From Emiliania huxleyi CCMP1516 (taxonomy: Eukaryota): a DNA stretch of 64,000 nt. The notes under the pieces were generated by a model, which made no database searches, was not told the origin of the DNA, and saw nothing but the letters and a program-made list of their open reading frames with translations. This document shows, in pieces, positions 11,328 to 22,480 of the stretch (position 1 is the stretch's first letter; each line of letters opens with the position of its first letter). Location of the stretch: assembly GCF_000372725.1 (NCBI RefSeq), contig NW_005201286.1, positions 124,001 to 188,000 on the forward strand, in the 5' to 3' direction. A program made the position numbers and the translations under genes.

Positions 11328-12167
11328 TCACAGGTGCTCGGCAAAAAAGTCAGCCGAGATCTGGAGAGCCGTCTCCACGTCTCTGGCCGTCGCCGCGTCG
11401 CTCGTGTCGCCCCGGGCCACGAAACCGTGGTGCATCTCGGGGAAGGGATGGGAGACGCACGCGAACCCGAGATCCCTCACCGCCGCGGTGACCGCGCCCT
11501 CCTCGCCGTAGTCATCGAGGCTGTCCTCCTGCGCCGGCAGGAGCAGCATCGGGCACTTGCCGGTTTTCGCCGCGAACTCGCCGGGCTGCCCCGGCTCGCC
11601 ATAGAAGCCCGCGGCCTGCAGCGAGGGGTGCGCAGAAACGCCGGCGCGGATGATGCCAGCACCGGCGGCGTGGAACACGGGAACGGCACCCCAGCACAAA
11701 CCGAATCCGCCGACGTTGGCGGACCCCATCTCGCCGGCCAGGAACGCTTTGCATCCCTCCAGCATCGGCATGTACTTGGCGGGGTTCTGCGCCGAGATCC
11801 AGCCCACCGTTTCCTCGGCGCCAGACATGAAGCCGTCCAGACCACCGAAGCCGTTGATCTCGGTTCCGGTGTAGACGTCGGGCATGATCACGTTGAAGCC
11901 GCACTTCGCAAAGGAGTCGCACACGCTCTTGATGCGCCCGCCAGAGAAGCCGAACACGTCGTACGCGACGATGAGGCCGCCGCGGGCCGTTCCCTCTGCT
12001 GCCACGACATAGTGGTTCACGTCATCAAGCTGGATCACCTGGCCGTCCAGCTCCCGGTCCTCGTCGGCAGCCAGCGCGGGCAGGGCCCCCGGAGGGCAGC
12101 AGCTGCCCGACAGGGCGCGTCTGGCGGTGCGCGAGAGCGCCGGAAGAGACGAGGAGCGAAGGAGCAT
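11328..12167 (-). CDS. Dienelactone hydrolase family protein, possible organellar presequence
   Basis: YDVFG, MPDVY, nucleophile motif GLCWGA, HPS and MHHGF; Arg/Ser-rich N-terminus. Confidence 0.9.
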   Translation of the reverse strand: MLLRSSSLPALSRTARRALSGSCCPPGALPALAADEDRELDGQVIQLDDVNHYVVAAEGTARGGLIVAYDVFGFSGGRIKSVCDSFAKCGFNVIMPDVYTGTEINGFGGLDGFMSGAEETVGWISAQNPAKYMPMLEGCKAFLAGEMGSANVGGFGLCWGAVPVFHAAGAGIIRAGVSAHPSLQAAGFYGEPGQPGEFAAKTGKCPMLLLPAQEDSLDDYGEEGAVTAAVRDLGFACVSHPFPEMHHGFVARGDTSDAATARDVETALQISADFFAEHL

Positions 12168-12360
12168 CGCTCGTGGCAGTTTGGCGTGGCTGCCGACCCG
12201 AAGGCAGGATCTAGTCTTCCAACTCGTTGCAGGTTTGGCGTGGCTGCTTGTCTACAGCAGCTGGTCGGGAACCAGGAGGCCGCAGACCGCGGCGCCATTG
12301 TTTCTTTTTTCAACACTTACTGGCAGGTTTCTTTCCCCCTCGGTCAGACACGCCGTTGTA

Positions 12361-14264
12361 TCATGCGGAACGCGGTGCGTCTGGCGGCGCCACCACCCTT
12401 GGCAGCACAAAGCCGCGCCAGAGGTCCGCCAGCTCCGGAGCCGCTCCCTCGCGGCTGTCGAAGCGCTCCTCGTCCCACGCGATCAGGTAGCCCAGCCGCA
12501 TCACCGCGACCGCCCGCTTGCGGGCCGCCTCCGGGAAGAGCTCGTGGGACTGCGGCGACCACTCCGCCGCCTTGAGGATGAGCCTGCCCACCTCCACTGC
12601 CGCGGCCGCTGGCTCCAGGTTGGCCGGCCTGAGGGAGGGCAGAGGCGTGGGGTGTCGAGAGAGAGAGCATCCGGCGAGTGGGGAAGAGACCATGGCGCGC
12701 CTCAGTGCGAGGGCCTTGGCCTCGCCCGCCACGCGCACGCCGAAGCGTCCCGTCGAAGCGCTCGCGGAGACGACGACGCCGACCTTGCCGTTCAGCGAGG
12801 GCCGCGAGACGAGAGAGTGGATCGCGACTGTGGAACCGACAGCCGCAGCTGTCGGATCCGACTCGCTCCACGAGCAGAGGACGCGCGCCCGCTCGAGGGC
12901 CGAAGGCTCGCCGGCTGAAGAGTCCGCGTCGCCGCGCAGCAGCGCCCGCGCCCGGTCGACGGTGAGCGCCTGCGGGAGGAGGGACAGTGAGCGTGAGGAC
13001 AATGCACTCACGCTACTTCAGCCGCTAGTCTCGGGCATGCCTCGAGGTGCTGGAGCGGCGTCCAGCCGCGGCTGGCGACCAGCCAAGCGGCGAGGTCGGC
13101 GTGGCCTTGGAAGTTCGCGAGCTCCTCGAGCGTTCCGGCGGGCGTTGCGGCGCGGGAGGCGCCGTAGGAGGAGAGGAGCTTGGCGACCTCGAGGTGGCCC
13201 TGGTGGCACGCAGCGAGCAGCGGCGTGACGCCGTTGTTGCGGGCTTGGCTGACCGTCGCATTGGCCTCTAGAAGCAGCCGGACGATCTCGACGTGGCCAA
13301 ACTGGCATGCGATGGACAGCGGCGTGACGCCATTCTCCTCGGCCTGGTTGATTGCCGCGTCAGCCTCGAGAAGCAGCTGGGCGATCTCGAGCTGGCCCTT
13401 CTCGCACGCGATGTATAGAGGCGTGGAGCCGTTCTCCTTGGCTTGGTTGACCGAAGCGCTGGCCTCGAGGAGCAGCTGGGTGATCTCGACGCGCCCCTGC
13501 AGGCATGCCACGAGCAGCGGCGTGACGCCGCCATCCATGAATTGGCCGACCGCTGCGCCAGCAACGCACAGTAGACGGACGATCTCGAGGTGGCCTTGCT
13601 GGCACGCGCTGAGCAGCGGCGTGAAGCCGTTGTTCGTCGCTTGGTCGATCGCCGCGTTGGCCTCGAGGAGCAGCTTGACGATCTCGAGGTGGTTGTTCTG
13701 GCACGCGATGAGCAGCGGTGTGACGCCGTCGTTGCGGGCTTGGCCGACCGCCGCGCCAGCCTCGAGAAGCAGCCGGACGATGTCAACGTGCCCCTGCTGG
13801 CACGCCATGAGCAGCGGCGTGCCGCCTTGCTTCTCGGCTTGCTTGACCGCCGCGCCCGCCTTGAGGAGCAGCCGGACGATGTCGACGTGGCCCTTCTGGC
13901 ACGCCATGATCAGCGGCGTGAAGCCATCGTGCAGGGAATGGTTGACCGCCGCGCCAGCCTGCTGGAGCAGCCGGACGCACTCGAGGTGGCCCTTCTGGCA
14001 CGCGATGTACAGCGCGGAAGCGCCGCCGCCAGTCGTCCCCCCAGCGCTCGCGCCGGCTTCGAGCAGCAGCCGCACCGCCTCGGCCTGCCCGTGACGAGCG
14101 GCCCAGGTGAGCAGCGTGTCTTGCTTCTCGGTCTTGAGCCGCGCGTCGAGCTGGGCCGTGAGCGACGTGCCGCGCGTCCCCCAACCGGATAGGACGGCGC
14201 GCAGCGAGCCCAGGTTTCCCACCGCCAGATCGGGGAGCAGAGTTGGGCTCGCGCCGCCGCTCAT
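12361..14264 (-). CDS. Ankyrin-repeat protein (~11 repeats) with an SH3-like C-terminal module; predicted exons 14264-13041, 12969-12701, 12628-12361
   Basis: GxTPLxxACxxGHxEIVxLLL repeats; after splicing, VAIHSL...LNGKVG...GRFGVRV...LRPANL; two ~70-bp GC-AG introns. Confidence 0.85.
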
Positions 14265-14461
14265 GCCGGGGAGGCGGAGATTCAAAACAAAAAAATACGC
14301 GGGAGAAAAAAAGTGTGAAGGTCAATCCTGAGACGCCTCACTACTCGGCGCCTCCCTTCCGCACCTTTTTGCAGTCCTCTGGTGAGTCCTCAGCCTCGAC
14401 CGCACCTGCATCCTCCCGCGTCGGTGCAAAGCACGCGTGCTACAGCCGGCGATGACCCGCC

Positions 14462-17377
14462 ATGACGTTGGCAAACTCACTCGCTCTTACGCTGCTGGCG
14501 GCGGCTGGCTCTTCCTCGGCGCCGCGCCTCGCCCCGCTCGCGCTCCTCCTGCTGGCGGGTCGCTGCGAGGCCGCGGGCACGATATGCGACAACAGCGTGC
14601 CATGCTTCTCCGGCTGCCCCACCGGCGTGTATGGCACGTCGCTGTGCGACGGCAACTACACGGGCACCACAGTGGGTCTGTCCAACCAAGGGCTCTCGGG
14701 GACGATCCCTCCGCAACTGGGTGACATCTCGCAGCTGCAGAGGCTTGGTCTGTCCGGCAACTCCATCTCGGGCACCATCCCTCCGGAGACGAGCAAGCTC
14801 TCGCAGCTGGAGTGGCTTAACCTGTTCAGCAACTCCATCTCGGGCACCATCCCTCCGGAGACGGGCACGCAGCTGCAGTTCCTTCGGCTGGGCAGCAACT
14901 CCATCTCGGGCACCATCCCTCCGGAGACGAGCAAGCTCTCGCAGTTGACGTACCTTGGTCTGAGCAGCACGTCCATCTCGGGCACCATCCCTGCGCAGCT
15001 GGGCAGTCTCGCCTCCCTTGCGGCGCTATACTTGTTCAACAACAAACTCGAGTACCCGCGCAGTAGTGAGGCCCGGGTCGAGTACGATCTTGCCACCCGC
15101 ATCTGCCGCGGCGTAGGAAGTGCCACGTGCCTCGGCGTCCCTCCTTGGAGCTGCAGCGCGTTTGCCGACGCGCAGCTATCTGTAACCGACCCCAACGAGT
15201 GCGTGGTCTGCGACAACCAGACTGCAAGCCTCATCATCCTCGGCGTCTGCATTCTTGTCGGCATCGTCGCCCTCGCCGCCTTCGTCCGCTTAGTCGTCCG
15301 CAACCCCTGGGCCCTCAAGCGGTGGGTCTCCTCCGCCGCGATCCTCTTCAACCACGCCCAGACGGCCAGCATCATCGCAAGCATGCGTCTCGAGTGGCCC
15401 CGCTCCCTCATCGCAATCGCCTCCGCGCTCAAGCTCGACCTGCTCATGCTGCCCAGCGCCAGCTGCCTTGTTGGGGGAGAGGATTTGTTCGAGGGGTACA
15501 CGATCTCGGCGTTTGATTCGTACACGTTCTACGCCTCCTTTGCCGTGCTTGTTTTGCTGCTCGCGCCCCTCCTCGTCAAGTACTTCGCCCTCTACCGCCG
15601 CCGGCTCGCCATCGCCGACACGGCGGAGCTCGTGCTGAGCCTGATCTACTCGCTGCTCTTCACCTTTGCATGGAGTCTCGTGCTCGATTACTTGGCCTAC
15701 GTGGTTGGCTATTTAGCGTCTATTGGCGTGGATGGGTATACATTCGACGTGTCGCAAAAGGGGTTCGAAAGCACGATGCCGGTGGCGGTGCTGGGTGCGC
15801 TGCTGCTGGTCCTCTTGCTCCGCTTCTCTGGCAACGTCCGCGCCTTCAAGCGCGGCGTCAAAAGTGGAGTGTGGCGGCGCCCGAACTCGTGCGGAGGCTC
15901 TGCCTGCTGCGGCACACGCCCCATTCCTCCCCGCCGGCTCGAGCGGCATGTCGCTTTCCTCGTTGGCCGCTTCGCTCGCCACGCTCCCCGCTGGCAGGTC
16001 GTCATCTGGCTTCGGCAGTTCATTCTCCTCCTCCTCGCCTTCGCCAGCAACGTCCTCTTTTATGCGACCACAGACAAGACCTTCAACGCCGGCCGCTACG
16101 CCATCGCCGCCCTCGCGATCGCCGTCACGCTCGTCTTTTGGCGCCTCCAGTGCCGCGCCCTGCCCTTCGCCTTCCGCTTCCAGAACGCGCTCGAGTCGTG
16201 TCTGTACGGTACCACCGCTCTCTTCCTCGCCCTCGCCATGGTTTACACCGCGCTCCCCGCCGACCCTGCCGCTGCGCGAGTGAGCAAGGCGCTCATGGCG
16301 ATCGTGCTTCTCAGCAGTCTCATCGTCGGCGCCGTCTACTCGATCCGCGAGCTGCGGCGGATGCGGCGCGCGCTCGCTGACGTCGACCTCTCCGCCATCC
16401 TCAGCGCCGCCGACTCCAAGATCGACGGCTCGCTCGCAGATCGGCTGCGCGACGGCTCGGTGCGGCTGCTCCGCTGCAGCTGGCTGGCGTCGCCCGCCTC
16501 CGACGCTTTCCTCGGCCGCGACGCCTCTGGCGCCGTCATCATGAAGAGGCAGCAGGACATGCCGGCAGAAGCGTTTGTGCCTTGCGATGAGGCGGTGGCG
16601 ATGCTGGAGCGAGGCGACCGGTCTATCCTAGCGCTCTCGTACGGCTGGCTGACGGTGTTTCACCCGGACCCTCGCGGCACTACCCTCGCCGCCGTCCGCC
16701 GCTTCCTCGATGCCGACGCGGCGGCCAGCGACACCGGGCTCTTCTGGGACTTTTGCAGCCTTCCGCAAAAGGGCCCAAACGGGGAGGAGAAGAGCGAGGA
16801 GGAGAAGGCCATGTTCGGGCGAGGCCTCAAAGTGATGGGGAATTTCTACGCCAGCGTCACGGGCACCTCCGTCATCCAGCAGCGCAACATCGACCTCCCG
16901 CCAGGCGCGACCACCGGGTTCGGACCGGGAGAGTACAACCCAACGCCGTACGAGGGCGATGGTGGCCGCGGCTGGTGCATCTTCGAGCAGGGGACCGCAA
17001 TGACGGTGCTGGCGCACCTGACGGCGGCGGAGAGGCAGGCGGAGGAGGAGGGCAAGGCGCTGCCAGAGCGCTTCCGCCGCGCGCAGGCGAGCCGCGCCAA
17101 GGTGTATGACATCGGAGGGGAGGCGCCGGTGGCGCGCGAGTGCTCTCTGCCGCCAAAGAAGGTGCTCGACGAGGCGTGCCGCGCGATCGAGAAGGCGCGC
17201 TTCACGGGCAAGGCGGACCAGGTGATGGTGCCGCAGATGCTGGCCGAGTTCGAGTGGACTTTCCGGAGCACGTTTGAGCAGGCGCTCGAGGACTATGCGA
17301 CGAGCGGCGCGACGATTGGGCGGAAGGAGCAGGAGGCGATGCAGCAGGAAACGCCGGTACGTCTGGCTGAGTGCTGA
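14462..17377 (+). CDS. Receptor-like protein: signal peptide, plant-type LRRs, multipass TM region, cytoplasmic HET/TIR-like domain
   Basis: 971-aa open frame; LxxLxLxxNxISGTIP repeats; at least 7 hydrophobic segments; LSYGW, LFWDFCSLPQ, MGNFYAS and RGWCIFE motifs. Confidence 0.9.
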   Translation: MTLANSLALTLLAAAGSSSAPRLAPLALLLLAGRCEAAGTICDNSVPCFSGCPTGVYGTSLCDGNYTGTTVGLSNQGLSGTIPPQLGDISQLQRLGLSGNSISGTIPPETSKLSQLEWLNLFSNSISGTIPPETGTQLQFLRLGSNSISGTIPPETSKLSQLTYLGLSSTSISGTIPAQLGSLASLAALYLFNNKLEYPRSSEARVEYDLATRICRGVGSATCLGVPPWSCSAFADAQLSVTDPNECVVCDNQTASLIILGVCILVGIVALAAFVRLVVRNPWALKRWVSSAAILFNHAQTASIIASMRLEWPRSLIAIASALKLDLLMLPSASCLVGGEDLFEGYTISAFDSYTFYASFAVLVLLLAPLLVKYFALYRRRLAIADTAELVLSLIYSLLFTFAWSLVLDYLAYVVGYLASIGVDGYTFDVSQKGFESTMPVAVLGALLLVLLLRFSGNVRAFKRGVKSGVWRRPNSCGGSACCGTRPIPPRRLERHVAFLVGRFARHAPRWQVVIWLRQFILLLLAFASNVLFYATTDKTFNAGRYAIAALAIAVTLVFWRLQCRALPFAFRFQNALESCLYGTTALFLALAMVYTALPADPAAARVSKALMAIVLLSSLIVGAVYSIRELRRMRRALADVDLSAILSAADSKIDGSLADRLRDGSVRLLRCSWLASPASDAFLGRDASGAVIMKRQQDMPAEAFVPCDEAVAMLERGDRSILALSYGWLTVFHPDPRGTTLAAVRRFLDADAAASDTGLFWDFCSLPQKGPNGEEKSEEEKAMFGRGLKVMGNFYASVTGTSVIQQRNIDLPPGATTGFGPGEYNPTPYEGDGGRGWCIFEQGTAMTVLAHLTAAERQAEEEGKALPERFRRAQASRAKVYDIGGEAPVARECSLPPKKVLDEACRAIEKARFTGKADQVMVPQMLAEFEWTFRSTFEQALEDYATSGATIGRKEQEAMQQETPVRLAEC

Positions 17378-18582
17378 GTGTAAGACGAGAGAGCGAGCCA
17401 CAAAAGTACCACCGGAGACAGTGGCCTACTGCAAGCACTTGAGAACAACGACATGTGTGAGTGTTAGATCTAGTATTGCGAAATCTCTCTTGTCAGTTGT
17501 GGAATCCCTGCGGGGCCTCGCAACGCTAAATAACTCAGCAGGCCTCACGCGACGTAGAGCGACCCCGTCTCCCGTCATCTGGTCCCGTCATTTCCCTACC
17601 CCCCAGGTACAATGGCTAGGACTGTGAACGCCCAACCACGTCGACTCAGGACTGTGGAAATCCCTGGTTCCGCGGCCTGGGCTCGCCAACCACCTTCAGG
17701 ACTCAGCCTGGTTACTGTCACAGTCTCAGTTAAGTTAGTTAGTCTCACCTTTTGTCTTTTCTCGATTCTCGCTCGAGAAGAATTGAATCAACAAAAACAA
17801 ACACGTAAAATTGAAAGCCACAACCGGGCCCGAAATCGCACAGAGAACTCTCTCTCACAGCACAGGCAAGCAAGCAAGAAGAATTTTACAACAAAGCGCG
17901 ATGGAGACTGCGGAGTACATGCTGCAGGAAGTCAATGGGCTTGAAACGACCGTCGTGGCTTTCGCGCGAGGAATATTGCTGGGCGATGCCGTACTGGTGC
18001 CTCTCGCCTACTCGTACGTAGCGGAGACACACATATGGCATATTAGTTGATTTACGACTGAATACTCGGTATGGTCCATCCCGCGCCGCAACTCGGAATG
18101 AGGATTCATTTCTCCTGCCGACCAATCCTGCTTGCTTGCTTCCTGCTGAGTGAGTCCGCGCGCAGCCGCTGAGATCATTCTCTCCGTAGAGATCGGGCGC
18201 GCGATGTTTTTGGCGTTGCCCCCGGGTGTTGGTTGCGCTTCAGGCAGCAGGGAGCAGGCGCGCACCCTCGCACCTTCAGGCAATAGCACCGTCAGCGCCC
18301 TCGACCAGCTGCACGAGGAGAACATGGCTCTGCGGCGGGAGAACGAGCAGCTCCGCCAGGAGACGAGACACTGCTTTTCCTTTTGCCTTCACTCATGAAA
18401 TCGTAGCGCGTAGGGTCGCTTCACGAGTTCACGAAGATCGAAGTCCCCAATGGCAATATGAATCCTTGGCAATGTGCACCGACCAATTCTTTTTAGTTTC
18501 GCCTCGGTTTCAATCTATATGTCTGAATCTGTTCACTATGCTCTATGGTGGAAACTCATATCGGCAGAACAGCGGGGAGGGG

Positions 18583-19692
18583 TCAGGCCTCGGCCTCCTG
18601 GCGCGCCGCCTCCTCGCCGCCTCCCTCGGCGCCCCGCGCCGGCGCACGACGCGGCTCAACCGTCGCCGCCTGCGCACCCTGCGCCTCACGCGGCGCCTCG
18701 GCGGTCCCTCGGCAGACCTCGCCTCCGTTGGCGCGCGCGAGCGCCTCTGCGACTAGTAGGTCCCAGTCGAGCCGCGAGAGGGCGAGGGCGAGGATGGCGC
18801 AGAGGAGGGCGTACCCGACCGCGACGCCGTAGTAGACGGCGCCGAGCGAGCGCCTCCAGTACACGACGAGCAGCGCGACCGCCGGCACCTGCCCCGCCCA
18901 CGACCCGACCAGGCCGGCGAGCAGCACCGCGCGCGTGCGGCCGGTCGCCATGAGCAGCCCCTCGAGCACGACGGCGAGGTTCATCGAGATTGTGGCGAGG
19001 CAGAGCCTAATCTCGGACGATCTCGAGTGCGCTCGGTGATCTCGGGCGATCTCGCCTCGGCGGCGAGGCAGGGCCCGAGGCGCGCGCGCACGAAGGCGTC
19101 GAGCACCGATGCGTCGGAGGAGAAGATGGCCGCGAGCGGGCGCGGCGCGGCCAGGATGAGAGCGGCGACGGCGGCGAGGGCGACGCACGCGAGGCCAAGG
19201 CCGGCAACGACGCAGCGGCGCGCGTCGTGCGGCCGCGAAGCGCCAAGGGCCTGCGCCACCTACGGTCCGGTCCGGCACACTTGTCCACACACACGAGGTA
19301 GGTGGGGCCGGGCGGCCCTCGCGACGCCACGTCTGAAAGGCAGGAGCCCCGCGCCATTCACAGTGCGAGGCTCTCTGCGCGTGGGTGAGCGGCGAGAGTG
19401 TGAGTGCGAGTGTGTTGTGTGTGTGTTGTGTGAGTGCGAGTGTGTTGTGTGAGTGAGTGAGTGAGTGTGAGTGTGTCTGTTGTGTGTGTGTGTGTCGTGT
19501 GTGTGTGTGTGTTGTGTTGTGTTGTGTTGTGTTGTGTTGTGTTGTGTTGTGTGTGTGTGTGTGTGTGTGTGTGTGAGTGCGAGTGTGTTGTGTGAGTGAG
19601 TGAGTGAGTGAGTGTGTCTGTTGTGTGTGTGTGTGTCGTGTGTGTGTGTGTGTTGTGTTGTGTTGTGTTGTGTTGTGTTCTGTTGTGTTGTG

Positions 19693-19753
<61 letters not shown>

Positions 19754-20931
19754 TGAGTGAGTGAGTGAGTGAGTGTGTGTGTCTTGTGCGCCACCTTTGA
19801 TCCCGACACCGCCGGTGAGCGAGCCAGGAAGTCTCCCCAGATCTCCCCAGATCTCCCCAGACCTCCCCCCTATCTCACCTTGATCCCGACTCCGCCGGTG
19901 AGCGAGCCAGTGAGCACGAGCGAGATCCACATCACGCGGTACGATGCGGTGAAGACGGCGAGATCGAGGGTGGAGAGCGACGCTGCGAACGCGCCGACCG
20001 CAGACATCCGCCAAAAGTCAGAGGCGATGGAGAGGGCGGCGGGGACGTACAGCTTCAGGTACTCGCGCACGCGGGATTTCGTGACAAAGGCCGGGGAGAC
20101 GCCGCACCAGCCGACTGCCTGGGGCCACCCCTGCCGCCCGTACCCGAGGCAGAGGCAAAAGAGGCCCGCAAGCGCGAGCAGCTGCAGCCACTCGACCGCA
20201 CTCGTCACGATCGGGCATGCCGGGAAGCCGTACCTGCGGAGGTGTGCGGAGGTGTGGGGAGGTGTGGGGAGAGGTGTGGGGAGGTGTGGCGCGAGGGAGC
20301 CGTACCCGCCGAAGCGCGACGGGCCGGTAGGTACGCCAAGGACAAGCAGGTAGCCGAGGAGCAGGTTGGCCGCGAGGCCGACGAGGGCGACGGCCGCGGC
20401 CGGCTTGACGATCCTCTGTGCCGAAAGGTACTGCTGCAGCTGCGAGAAGAGCACCCGCGCCGGGATGCAGGCCAGCAGCACGAGCGAAAAGTAGGAGGCG
20501 TCGGGGATCAGCGCGGCGTCCGCGCGAGTGAGGCGGAGCACGGGGCCCGTCGCCGCCCAGAGGCCCATCACGAAGCACGAAATCACGCCGAGCACCGCAA
20601 CGCTCACCTGCAGCCACTCGCCGGCGAGCTGCCACGGCGCGGTCCCCGCCTTTGCCGCGCCGACGGCGTTGCCGACAAATATGCCGAGGACGCGGCCCTG
20701 AATCAGTACACCCGAGGCCATGGTCCACAGGTCAGAGAGCGATGCCGCCGCAAGCGCGTGCGTGCCCACGTGCCCGAGGAGCGCCGTGTCTGTCACCTTC
20801 ATGCCGACCCACCCGAGCTGGCCGATGAACAGGGCAGGCGCCAGCGCGAGGATCCCGGCCGCCGTCTCTCGCCACGACGCCACGCGAGGCGGCGGCGACG
20901 GGTCGAGGAAGGGATCATGCTGGTTGTCCAT
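18583..20931 (-). CDS. MATE family transporter; predicted introns 20234-20305, 19260-19878, 19007-19074
   Basis: TDTALLGHVG...LAAASL, QQYLSAQRIVKP, YLKLYVPAAL, EGLLMATGRT; many TM helices; splicing gives a continuous frame. Confidence 0.88.
19385..19782. repeat. Compound microsatellite (GT)n/(GTGTT)n/(GAGT)n within MATE intron 2
   Basis: Directly visible. Confidence 0.95.
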
Positions 20932-21880
20932 AAGGCACGGATGGCTGCGGTTCGGGGTGGGGTTGGGTTGGGCTGTCTGCTAGCCTATCGGTGCCAGCCT
21001 ATCGGTGCCGCGTAAAAAAAGAATTCAAAAATCGCGGCACAGCGGACGGTGCGGGGCGTGCCGCAGGTTGGAGGACGCCGTCACCGACGAGCGCGTTGGA
21101 GTATCCACTCCGGAGGGCTTTCAACGGGCTCGTCGGTGGCGGCTTCCCTGAACCTGCGCCGCGCTCGGCGAACCTCGACAGCGCCTTCCCCCTTCTTGTA
21201 TGCTTTGCACATGCGACAGCCTGTCGGCGCTGCTGACCGTGCCATGATGCACAATTGATCACCTGCATAGCTCGCGGCCTTAGTATCAAGCATTCACAGT
21301 GACGACCTGATCGTACGGCCAGTAGGAAGGTGTCCTTCCATCGTGTGCACGCTTCTGGCGCAATGAGCGCGTCGCCTCGGATTGGCTGCTGGCCCTCTCG
21401 AGGCTATGCCTACACAGCCTCGCGCGCATGGGACCACGCACCTTCTCAGGAGTCAGGACAGCGCCGGTGCCTCTCTCTTGGACCGGCAAACGTGGTGGTC
21501 TCGTGTCACCAATGTGGGACCAGTCAGTGCGGCATCGCGCCATCGACAGCTCTGAACTGCGCCTCACCACTGACCGGGAAGGCCGCCAAGTGGGCCAGCA
21601 CTGTCGCACATTGTGGCAGCAGTCAGCAGTGCATGTCTGATAGCTAGAGCAGCAGCGTCAGGGTCGCAGGGTCGGATCGTGTCAAGCCTCTCGCCCGGCC
21701 GGCCGCGTGCAGACGTCGGGGCACCTGTCTGCTGTCTGCTGCCTGGAGTGATCCACCCCGGCAGAGGGAATGGATCCACCAGCGAGTGCATGGGTGAAAA
21801 GTTGAAATACGTGATTTCTATGCTATCAAAAAGTCTTAGAGACAGGTACCGACGTCTCGGAACCGGGCCGGCCCCGCTTC

Positions 21881-22321
21881 TCACAGCGCATTCTGCTCCT
21901 CGAGGATCTTGACCATGTCGTCGAGCGGCGGGTCCCACGTCGACGCGATGCCCTTCTCCTTGTTGAAGTAGTAAGTGTCTCCCGAGGCGGGGTCCTGCGC
22001 GCAGCCCCAGCCGTCGGGAAGGTTGCCCGCCTCCGCCGCTTTTCGAGCCATTGCGACGTACCGAGTGCGTTTCGTCGCCTTGTCAAAGGCCTCTGGGTCT
22101 CGCCGCGCCGCCTGCATGTCCTTCATCGCCTGCCACTGCGCCTCCTTGGCCGCTTCCCGCTCCTTGGCCGCCTTTTGGAAGCCGTCAAACAGGCCGGCGT
22201 TCACGGCTGCGCGGGGCCGGCGGCAGCTGTGGCGAGCGGCGGGCGTGGCGAGCGAGAACGCCTCGGACCCGCGAATCAGGCTCGCGCACGCAGCGAACAG
22301 TACGAGCGCTTTGGCCAGCAT
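21881..22321 (-). CDS. Small WW-domain protein with a probable bipartite plastid-targeting presequence
   Basis: MLAKALVLFAACASLIRGSEA|FSLA signal peptide plus transit-like region; LPDGW...DPASGDTYYFN...STWDPP WW domain. Confidence 0.8.
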   Translation of the reverse strand: MLAKALVLFAACASLIRGSEAFSLATPAARHSCRRPRAAVNAGLFDGFQKAAKEREAAKEAQWQAMKDMQAARRDPEAFDKATKRTRYVAMARKAAEAGNLPDGWGCAQDPASGDTYYFNKEKGIASTWDPPLDDMVKILEEQNAL

Positions 22322-22480
22322 GCTTCGCCTGCGGGGGCGGCGGCCGCGAGGGTCAGGTCTGGGACACAACACGGAGCAGCTCGAGGCTTCGCCGCGATCC
22401 TGCACACCCTGGTGCCTTCGCAAAAAAGAAGAAAAATCGGCGGGTTTTCTCATTCTTGGCATGCGGCACGCCGGCACACG

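Noticed and set aside
17811..18398. Short ORFs with a coiled-coil-like end
   Set aside because: Interrupted by stops, no recognisable motif; cannot be supported as a gene.
18583..19809. His/Thr-rich 408-aa ORF
   Set aside because: Mostly a translation of an intronic microsatellite; only the 3' part is MATE exon.
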